From Acidimicrobiia bacterium (GTDB lineage Bacteria > Actinomycetota > Acidimicrobiia > Spongiisociales > JAHEDJ01): DNA of 45,922 bases. Within the stretch, counting starts at the first letter, position 1. Every line of letters begins with the position of its first letter. Of this stretch, positions 38,567-45,922 are shown piece after piece. The position numbers were made by a program, and so were the translations under genes. The stretch is from positions 1 through 45,922 of the forward strand of contig JARGFH010000029.1 of the NCBI GenBank assembly GCA_029210695.1, in the 5' to 3' direction. The notes under the pieces are model-generated. The model made no database searches. It saw nothing but the letters and a program-made list of their open reading frames with translations, and was not told the origin of the DNA.

Positions 38567-39468
38567 TCGAGTTCACACTGGACGGGAAGCCGGCCATTGC
38601 TCCGGACGGGGCCACTCTGCTCGAGGCGCTGGCCGGCAACGGTGTCGGGACGCCGACGCTGTGCTATCTGCCGCAGGCGAGCGCTCCCAACGTCTGCCGG
38701 GTTTGTGTCGTCGAGGTGGCAGGGAACCGTCCCCTCGTCCCGGCTTGTTCCCGCCCACTCGAGGAGGGGATGGTGGTCGATTCCGATAGCGCCCGGGTGC
38801 GCCACGCCAGGAAACTCGTATTCGAGATGCTCGCCTCGTCGGTTGACCTCTCGCTCGTCTCCGACGAGGCCCGCCAATGGATGGAAGAGTACGAAATCGA
38901 TCCCGACCGCTTCCAGACGGCGCTCCCGGCCAATCAGACTTCCGCTCCGAGCCGGCCCGGCCGGCATCAGGACCCGGACGGTCTTTCCTTCGCCCGTCAC
39001 CAACCGCCTGCCCTCATTCAGGACAACCTCTATGTCCGGGACTACGCCAAGTGCATCCTGTGCTACCAGTGCGTACAGGCGTGCGGCCCCGAGGCCCAGA
39101 ACACCTTTGCGATCAGCGTTGCCGGGCGCGGCTTCGACGCACGAATCGCCACCGAGTTCGACGTGTTCCTGCCCGAATCGGCCTGTGTCTATTGCGGGAA
39201 CTGCATTGCCGTATGTCCAACCGGGGCACTCGTGCCCAAGACCGAGTTCGATCTCAGGGCGGCGGATGAGTGGGATGAGGATCGACAGTCGGTGACCAGG
39301 ACCGTTTGTCCCTACTGCGGGGTCGGATGCAACCTCGACCTGACGGTTCAGGACGGGGCCATCGTACGGGTCGATGCCCCGGTTGATCATGACGTCACGG
39401 TGGGCAATCTCTGTATCAAAGGTCGCTTCGGGTGGACCCATGTGGTGGGCGGGTCGGTCGCCGACTAA
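38563..39468 (+). CDS. Fe-S subunit: [2Fe-2S] + 2x[4Fe-4S] + molybdopterin-oxidoreductase Fe4S4 domain (the separated FDH N-terminus)
   Basis: PTLCY...CRVCVVE...PAC, CILCYQCVQAC, CVYCGNCIAVCPTG, and C-terminal TVCPYCGVGC...LCIKGRFG. Confidence 0.9.
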   Translation: MIEFTLDGKPAIAPDGATLLEALAGNGVGTPTLCYLPQASAPNVCRVCVVEVAGNRPLVPACSRPLEEGMVVDSDSARVRHARKLVFEMLASSVDLSLVSDEARQWMEEYEIDPDRFQTALPANQTSAPSRPGRHQDPDGLSFARHQPPALIQDNLYVRDYAKCILCYQCVQACGPEAQNTFAISVAGRGFDARIATEFDVFLPESACVYCGNCIAVCPTGALVPKTEFDLRAADEWDEDRQSVTRTVCPYCGVGCNLDLTVQDGAIVRVDAPVDHDVTVGNLCIKGRFGWTHVVGGSVAD

Positions 39469-39516
39469 CCACGCCCACGATATGCACTAGCGTGCATACG
39501 AAACCCCGGGAAAGAG

Positions 39517-40902
39517 ATGCAACAGACCGACGTCGAAACACGCCTGAAGAGGCTCGAGGAACTCTGCTCCGCACTGCAATCAGATTTGCCTTCCGATGCC
39601 AAAGCTCTCGTCACCGAGATCAACGCGCTCGCTGCAGAGGTCGAGGTCAACTATCGGGATCTCCTGGCTCTCGATCAACTCGCTGCGCACGTTGGCGGCG
39701 GACTACTGCTCGACGAAGTCCTCGACGATATCTACAACGGGTTCCGCGATGTGATCCCGTACGATCGTATCGGCTTCTCGCTCATCAACGACGGAATCGT
39801 CACGGCGCGCTGGTTGCGCTCGGAATCCGAGTTGGTTCGCCTCGGGGCCGGGTACGCACTACCGATCGAGACGACGAGCCTGGCCGGGATCCTGGCGGAG
39901 GGGAGACCGAGGATCATCAACGATCTTGGTTCGTACCTCGCCACCCGGCCTGAGTCGGAGTCGACCCGGTTGCTCGTCGAGGAGGGCGTGCAATCGTCGC
40001 TGACCTGCCCCCTGCTCATTGACGGGAAGGCAGTCGGGTTCCTCTTCTTCTCGAGTTTCGAGCCGGGGGCCTACTCAGAGATCCACACGAACACGTTCGA
40101 ACGCATCGCAGACCAACTGGCTGGCGTCATCGAAAAGGGGAAGCTGACCAGTCAGCTCGCCGAGCGGGCGGCGGCCATCGAGGAGCAGAACCGGCAACTC
40201 CGAGCACTCGATGACATCAAGAACACCTTCATCGGGATGGTCAGCCACGACTTGCGGAGCCCCCTGGCCACCATTCAGGTCACGGCCGACCTCCTCGACG
40301 AGGCCGATTATCTTGCCCCCGTCGAGCGAAAGATGCTCATCAAAGACATCAAAGAGCAGTCGGGCTACATGCTCGCCCTCGTCAACGAATTACTGGATGT
40401 AGCTCATATCGAGTCGGGCAGGCTCGAACTGAATAGAGAGACTTTCGATCTCGAAGCGCTCGTTGCCGACTCCGTGAATCGACACGGATACCTGGCAGGC
40501 CCGAAAGATATCCGGGTCGTGCTGGTCGAGAGCAGCCCGGCGGTGATCGAAGCCGATCGGACCCGGATCCGCCAGGTCCTCGACAATCTGCTGTCGAATG
40601 CGATCAAGTATTCCCCGATGGGCAGTGTTGTCTCGGTGACGCTCACGATTGAACATGATGTGATCCGGGTCGGTGTCACGGATGAGGGCCCCGGCATATC
40701 GGAGGCAGACCAGGTACGGCTGTTCGAGTACTTCGAGACCGCCGAGGCCAAACCAACCGGCGGCGAAACCTCAACCGGGCTCGGCCTCGCCATCGCCAGG
40801 AAGATCGTAGAGGCTCATCAGGGGACGCTGGACGTCGAGAGCACACCCGGTCGGGGTAGCACGTTCTGGTTCGAGTTACCGCCGACCACGGTGGACCCGT
40901 AG
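39517..40902 (+). CDS. Cytoplasmic GAF-domain sensor histidine kinase
   Basis: GAF-like SSLTCPLLIDGKAVG, H-box VSHDLRSPL, N-box NLLSNAIKY, DEGPG and GLGL. No TM segment. Confidence 0.9.
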   Translation: MQQTDVETRLKRLEELCSALQSDLPSDAKALVTEINALAAEVEVNYRDLLALDQLAAHVGGGLLLDEVLDDIYNGFRDVIPYDRIGFSLINDGIVTARWLRSESELVRLGAGYALPIETTSLAGILAEGRPRIINDLGSYLATRPESESTRLLVEEGVQSSLTCPLLIDGKAVGFLFFSSFEPGAYSEIHTNTFERIADQLAGVIEKGKLTSQLAERAAAIEEQNRQLRALDDIKNTFIGMVSHDLRSPLATIQVTADLLDEADYLAPVERKMLIKDIKEQSGYMLALVNELLDVAHIESGRLELNRETFDLEALVADSVNRHGYLAGPKDIRVVLVESSPAVIEADRTRIRQVLDNLLSNAIKYSPMGSVVSVTLTIEHDVIRVGVTDEGPGISEADQVRLFEYFETAEAKPTGGETSTGLGLAIARKIVEAHQGTLDVESTPGRGSTFWFELPPTTVDP

Positions 40903-40931
40903 GTGAGGATCGAACGTAGGATGGGGGTCCA

Positions 40932-42278
40932 GTGAGAATCCTGCTCATCTCCTCCTACGAACTCGGTCACCAACCATTCCACGTCGCATCGGCTGCAGCC
41001 GCCCTGCGTTCGACCGGGCACGAGGTGCGGGTCTGCGATCTCAGTCTCGAGCCGCTCAGGGAACCCGATGTTGCGTGGTCCGAAGGGGTTGCCCTGGCAG
41101 TCCCGATGCACACGGCGATGAGGATTGCATTGGGCGCCGCGCAATCGGTGAGAAAGATGCGGCCGGACATTCCGTTGTGCTTCTTCGGCCTTTACGCCGG
41201 AGCATCCGATCTCCCCATCGGAGCGGTCGCTCTGGCAGGGGAGTATGAGCCCGACCTCATCCGGTGGGCGGCTGGATTAGGAGCAGGGGCGGTTGTGAAT
41301 CTCCAGAAATCGGCAATACGGTTCGCCCCCGATCGTTCCGACCTCGCTCCGTTGACGGCCTATGTGGGGCTCGAGCTGGCCGGACGGCGTCGTACCGCGG
41401 GATCAACCGCGGCAACGCGCGGGTGCCGCTACCGGTGCCGGCATTGCCCGGTGCCGGTTGTCTACGACGGCAAGTTTCGGCCCATCGACCGTCGGATCGT
41501 TCTCGAAGACATCGACCGGCAGGTGGCAGCAGGAGCCGGGCACATCAGTTTCTCCGACCCGGACTTCCTCAACGGGCCCGCCCACGCGCTCCGGGTTCTC
41601 GAGGAGGCACGCCTCCGGAATCCTGAGCTCACCTTCGATGTCACAATCAAAGTGGAACACCTGCTGCGGCACCGCCACCTCCTTGGGCGGATGGCGGAGC
41701 TCGGTGTTGTGTTCGTGGTCTCGGCCTTCGAGACCACCAACGACGAGATACTGCACATCCTCGACAAGGGACATACGGCGTCGGATTTGGCAGAGGCCGT
41801 CCACTTGTTGCGTGCCTGTGGCATCGACGTTCGCCCTACCTGGCTTCCTTTCACCCCATGGTCGACCTTGGAAGACCTGGTCGAGATGCTCCGGTTCATG
41901 GATCGCCACGATCTCGATGTTGATCCCATCCAGCTGACGATCAGGCTATTGATACCGTCCGGATCTCTGCTGCTGGACCTCCCCGAGTCCCAGTGGAAAC
42001 CTGGTCCTTACGATGCCGAGGCGTTGAGCTACTCATGGATTGCGGCCGACCCGGTCCTCGACGCTCTCCAGTCCCGCCTGGTACGTCTCGTTGATGGGGC
42101 AACCGGTCTCTCTCGGGACGAGGTCCTCGCAACCATGACCAGGGAGATCCTGGCTGCGGCCGGGATCGACGAAGAATCCGTACGGCTCTCGAGCGGCGAA
42201 GGGAGGCCACGGCTCACCGAACCGTGGTTTTGCTGAGCGGAGCCCTCCGACCGCCAGTTGGGCGGTCTGCGGACCTAG
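40932..42278 (+). CDS. CUAEP-tail radical SAM selenoprotein
   Basis: CxxxCxxC motif (GCRYRCRHCP) and a B12-binding-like N-terminus. The ORF 'ends' PRLTEPWFC-TGA, but in-frame readthrough gives C-U-AEPSDRQLGGLRT-TAG, the CUAEP/CCAEP tail. Confidence 0.88.
42249..42267 (+). promoter_or_regulatory. SECIS-like hairpin of the radical SAM gene
   Basis: GACCGCC-AGTTG-GGCGGTC, a perfect 7-bp stem with a 5-nt loop, beginning at the 13th nt after UGA 42234-42236. Same geometry as the fdh hairpin. Confidence 0.72.
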
Positions 42279-42385
42279 TGGTCTGTCTGCTATTTGATGA
42301 CCGGGGTAGGCAGTGCCACGAACCCTGCCACAGCGGGGATCGTCCGGCAGGAGACCAAGTCACCAAATCCGCGACGGACCACTAG
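42275..42385. mobile_element. Putative 111-bp MITE with CTAG-bounded terminal inverted repeats
   Basis: Left end CTAGTGGTCTGTCTGCTATTTGATGAC versus reverse complement of right end CTAGTGGTCCGTCGCGGATTTGGTGAC: 21/27 identical. The interior is non-coding. Confidence 0.6.
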
Positions 42386-42406
42386 CGGTGTGTTACTCCT
42401 CGCGAC

Positions 42407-43033
42407 TCAGCCGTCCTCGAGCAACCGGAGCACTTCTTCATCAGTCGTCTGGGTGAAGTCTCGATACCAGAAGCCGACGGCGCGCAGGTCTCTCGGTGCG
42501 GAAACCGTTTCGACGCCATCTGCCAGGGCTGCGAGCGCCTCTATCGTGTCTCTGGCCCCAACCGGCACGGCCAGTATCACCCGATCGGCATGTCGGCGGC
42601 GAGCAGCCAGGACGGCTGCTCTGGCCGTGAACCCGGTGGCCAGACCATCGTCGACGACGATTGCCACCCGCCCTTCCAGAGCCACCTCTGGTCGTTGGCG
42701 ACGGTACCGGTCGACGCGCCGCTGGAGTTCTGCCCGCTCGCGCGCTTCGACGGCCGACAGCTGTGCCTCGCTCACTCGCAGGTACCGCATTAGATCGTCG
42801 TTCACCACGCGCACTCCGTGCTCGGCGATCGCCCCGATTCCGAGTTCCGGCTGGCCGGGCGCTCCGAGCTTGCGAACGACGATGATGTCGAGCGGACATT
42901 GGAGGTGGGTGGCGATTGGTTTTCCAACCGCGACGCCTCCGCGCGGGAGGCCGAGCACGACCGGGTGCTCGGCGCGATATTCACCGAGTTCCTGGGCGAG
43001 TTGCCTGCCGGCGTCAAAACGATCGTGAAACAC
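42407..43033 (-). CDS. Phosphoribosyltransferase family protein
   Basis: FHDRFDAGRQLA, LGLPRGGV, VRKLGAP..PELG.GA and PRPP loop IVVDDGLATG. Confidence 0.88.
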   Translation of the reverse strand: MFHDRFDAGRQLAQELGEYRAEHPVVLGLPRGGVAVGKPIATHLQCPLDIIVVRKLGAPGQPELGIGAIAEHGVRVVNDDLMRYLRVSEAQLSAVEARERAELQRRVDRYRRQRPEVALEGRVAIVVDDGLATGFTARAAVLAARRRHADRVILAVPVGARDTIEALAALADGVETVSAPRDLRAVGFWYRDFTQTTDEEVLRLLEDG

Positions 43034-43169
43034 CGTTTCACCAGTATCGCCCGCTGGGCGCAGCGTCACAAGACCGCGGGGAGGTGAATGGAACGGTAGT
43101 TTGTGTGGCGGGAGCGACGGCATCACAACCTCATGGCATCGTCGGCCTGCTCAGCAAAGGGAGACAGAG

Positions 43170-44117
43170 ATGGTTGATACGACCCGGGTTCTCGACTGCC
43201 GGGACCTCCACAAGAGCTATGGCGAGCGGAAGGCCGTCGATGGCGTCGGCTTCCACATCGATCTGGGTGAGACTTACGGGTTGCTGGGGCCCAACGGTGC
43301 AGGGAAGACCACAACGATTTCGATGGTCTGCGGCCTCCTCAGGCGAGATGTCGGCGAAGTGAAGGTGGTCGGCGAGGCAATCGATGTCGGACAGACGCAC
43401 GCCAAGCGGTGGATCGGGTATGTCCCGCAGGATCTGGCGATATACCCCGATCTCACCGCGGAGGAAAACCTCGCCTTCTTTGGCAGGCTGTACGGGCTCA
43501 CCGGGAAGGCCCTGAAGAACCGAACGGACGCGGTGCTGGAGGTGACCGGGCTGTCCGATCGCCGGGCGGACAAGACGGACGAGTACTCCGGAGGCATGAA
43601 GCGGCGCCTCAACATCGGCATCGGCCTCCTTCATGAGCCGAGCCTCTTGATTCTGGACGAGCCGACCGTCGGCGTCGATCCACAGAGTCGCAATGCCATT
43701 CTGGATAGCGTGGAGCAGCTTTCGGGCGAAGGCATGGCTGTGCTCTACACGACGCACTACATGGAGGAAGCCGAGCGCCTCTGCGACCGGGTTGGAATCA
43801 TCGATCAGGGTCAGTTGAAGGCTGAAGGAACGCGACGCCAACTCGTCGAACTGGTCGGTCAGCACGACCGGATTCGCGTAATCGCAGAAGGCGATGTCGA
43901 TGGTGCCGCCGCTGCTGCCCGATCCGTCGACGGCGTGGAGGATGTGAGCAAGGTAGACAATCGCCTTGACATCCTCACTGCCGATGCCCGGGTCATCCTT
44001 CCTGCCCTTCTCCTGGTCATGTCGACCGCCGGTGCCGCGGTCAAGAGCGTCGACGTGGTTGAACCCGACCTCGAAGCCGTGTTCCTGCACCTAACCGGCA
44101 AGGCATTGCGAGACTGA
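43170..44117 (+). CDS. ABC-2 exporter ATP-binding protein
   Basis: GPNGAGKTT, YSGGMKRR, LDEPTVGVDPQSR and TTHYMEE motifs. AAAGGGAG RBS. Confidence 0.93.
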   Translation: MVDTTRVLDCRDLHKSYGERKAVDGVGFHIDLGETYGLLGPNGAGKTTTISMVCGLLRRDVGEVKVVGEAIDVGQTHAKRWIGYVPQDLAIYPDLTAEENLAFFGRLYGLTGKALKNRTDAVLEVTGLSDRRADKTDEYSGGMKRRLNIGIGLLHEPSLLILDEPTVGVDPQSRNAILDSVEQLSGEGMAVLYTTHYMEEAERLCDRVGIIDQGQLKAEGTRRQLVELVGQHDRIRVIAEGDVDGAAAAARSVDGVEDVSKVDNRLDILTADARVILPALLLVMSTAGAAVKSVDVVEPDLEAVFLHLTGKALRD

Positions 44118-44118
44118 C

Positions 44119-45300
44119 ATGCGCGCCGCACTCATCATCGCCGCCAAGGATCTCCGGCAGAGACTGCGGGACCGCTCGGCCATCATCATGGCAGTCATCG
44201 CTCCGTTTGCACTCGCAGCCGTCTTTGCCCTGTTGATACCTTCCGACCAGGGGTTCCATACCGACTACGCCGTCGTCGACCTCGATCAGGGTCCCGTGTC
44301 CGCGCTATTGACCGGACAGGTACTGCCGGGCGTCGCCGACGCCGGATTTGCCGACCTCACGGCCGTGCCTGATCGGGAGGCGGCCGCCGGCATGGTCGAG
44401 AGCGGCGAGATGGGTGCGGCGTTCATCATCCCGGCCGGGTTCTCGGAGGCAATCCAGCGCGGCAACGACGCAACGCTCACCATCATCGGCAACATCGATT
44501 CTGCGCTGGCCACGCAGATCGCCGAGGCCATTGCGACGCGGTACGCGGAAGAGGTCAATGCCGTCTCGCTGTCGGTAGCGGCCGCGCTCGGCGGGTTCAC
44601 GACGGTGCAGTCGGACGCGTTGGCCGGCCTCTCCGCGCGCGCCGCGGTGTTCGAACCATCAATTCTGGTCGACGAAGTCGAAGCCGACTCCAAACAGATG
44701 TCGGACAAGACGTTCTACTCAGCGTCGATGGCGATCATGTTCCTCTTCTTCACGGCTCAGTTCGGCATTCTGAGCCTCCTCTCAGAGCGCCGCCAGGGGA
44801 CGCTCCCGCGCCTCGTGGCGGCCCCGGTCGGCCCGTGGGCCATCGTCATCGGAAAGGCTCTCACCGGATTCGTACTCGGTGCGATCGCTATGACCGTGCT
44901 GGCCGTTGCCTCGACGCGGCTGTTGGGGGCCGATTGGGGCGACCCTCTCGGAGTCGCTCTCCTGGTGTTGGCGGCCGTCGTCTCCGCGACCGGAGTATCT
45001 GCCATGGCGGCGACCATGGCGAAGACTGAGGAGCAGGCATCTGGATGGAATGCCATTCTGGCCATGTCGCTGGCCATTCTCGGTGGCACGTTCTTCAGCC
45101 TCGACCGGGCTCCGGAGTTTGTGTCGCGACTGAGCTTCATCACCCCTCATGCCTGGTTCCTGCGTGGACTCGATGAGCTGGCTTCGGCGTCGGGGACGGT
45201 CGTTGATGTTCTTCCTGCAGTTGGGGTCATGCTCGCCATCGGCATAGTGACGGGCTGGATCGGACTGCTCCGCGCCAGGCAACTGGTGGTGGGCCGATGA
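44119..45300 (+). CDS. ABC-2 exporter permease
   Basis: KDLRQRLRDR, a large extracytoplasmic loop, ERRQGTLPRL..AP and C-terminal TM helices. Confidence 0.9.
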   Translation: MRAALIIAAKDLRQRLRDRSAIIMAVIAPFALAAVFALLIPSDQGFHTDYAVVDLDQGPVSALLTGQVLPGVADAGFADLTAVPDREAAAGMVESGEMGAAFIIPAGFSEAIQRGNDATLTIIGNIDSALATQIAEAIATRYAEEVNAVSLSVAAALGGFTTVQSDALAGLSARAAVFEPSILVDEVEADSKQMSDKTFYSASMAIMFLFFTAQFGILSLLSERRQGTLPRLVAAPVGPWAIVIGKALTGFVLGAIAMTVLAVASTRLLGADWGDPLGVALLVLAAVVSATGVSAMAATMAKTEEQASGWNAILAMSLAILGGTFFSLDRAPEFVSRLSFITPHAWFLRGLDELASASGTVVDVLPAVGVMLAIGIVTGWIGLLRARQLVVGR

Positions 45301-45846
45301 AGGCGCTCACCATTGCGCGGGTCAACATGACGCGACTTTCACGAGACCGCCTCGGACTGTTCTTCATCGTGCTGCTGCCGTTCATCATCATCGTCGTCAT
45401 GGGAGCGGCTTTTGGTGGTTCATTCAATCCGCAGTTGGGCGTCCTCGGTCGTGCGGGAGGCTCATTGGGAACCGACCTCCTCGAGACACTCGAGACGGGT
45501 GAGGTCGACCTCGTTGAGTTCGACGACGAAGCTGCGCTCATAGACGGGGTGGCGCGCAACCGGGTCGATGCAGGGCTCGTTGTGCCGTCTGACTACAGCG
45601 AGCTCGTGCACGGCGGCGGTTCCATCGAGCTTCGGTACTACTCCCCGCCGAACACATTTGGAGGGACGCTCAAGCAGTCAGTTGAGGCGGCGATCGCCGA
45701 GCAGAGCGCATCGGTCCGCGCCGCCCGGTTCGCGGCGGCGGAGGGTATCGGAGATCTCGAGAGCAATCTGGTCATGGTGGCGTCGTTGCGGGACCTGGTC
45801 CCCGGAGTTCGGGTCGATGTTCGCACAGCCGGCGAGTCGGTTTTCC
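45297..45846 (+). pseudogene. Second ABC-2 permease, truncated by the IS end or contig edge
   Basis: RDRLGLFFIVLLP plus a loop domain. The C-terminal TM bundle is missing, and the ORF's last residues [12 protein letters not shown] come from the repeat. Confidence 0.85.
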
Positions 45847-45922
45847 GGCGCTTCGGAATTGAGCGGGGTGTAGGGGTTCCCGGTTGATTAGGAGGGCTCT
45901 GCCAATCTGATGGTTACTACGC
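45847..45922 (+). mobile_element. Terminal fragment of the same IS (IS256-like end)
   Basis: Exact reverse complement of 2-77, inserted mid-CDS. Confidence 0.65.

Noticed and set aside
37..44090. Many long antisense or alternative-frame ORFs (e.g. 7227-8612, 10869-12038, 20778-22898, 43131-44090)
   Set aside because: They are shadow ORFs typical of high-GC DNA, lying opposite well-supported genes and lacking recognisable motifs.
1..45922. Terminal inverted repeats read as the ends of a linear plasmid or phage
   Set aside because: Both repeats cut chromosomal-type genes mid-frame, the content is housekeeping, and no replication or virion genes are present. An assembly break at an IS is simpler.

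Overview
A ~46 kb high-GC contig. Gene content and style suggest an Actinomycetota genome, probably Acidimicrobiia-like (inference). It is mostly metabolic and housekeeping genes: fatty-acid catabolism, peptidases, malQ, nfuA, polX, a MoxR/DUF58/transglutaminase triad, aceE, a formate dehydrogenase cluster and an ABC-2 exporter. Both ends carry the same 76-bp sequence in inverted orientation. It looks like an IS end (IS256-like), and each copy cuts into a gene. Four things are not shown by the ORF track. (1) Two selenoproteins whose ORFs are broken at in-frame UGA codons, each followed by a matching SECIS-like hairpin: the FDH catalytic subunit (34852-36747) and a C-U-A-E-P-tail radical SAM enzyme (40932-42278). 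(2) A candidate signalling module at 14.4-18.4 kb. It has a membrane-spanning SARP-wHTH/STAND-NTPase/BMP-sensor regulator that lacks its BTAD domain, an adjacent membrane-anchored protein with six ADxAR[Y/W] repeats, and four heptamers spaced exactly 11 bp apart (SARP-box-like) upstream of the repeat gene; an ATP-grasp ligase gene lies just beyond. (3) A 111-bp CTAG-bounded MITE that supplies the selenoprotein's stop codon, plus a REP-like palindrome family. (4) Many apparently leaderless genes. No rRNA, tRNA or CRISPR array was seen. All family calls come from motif recognition, not database searches.
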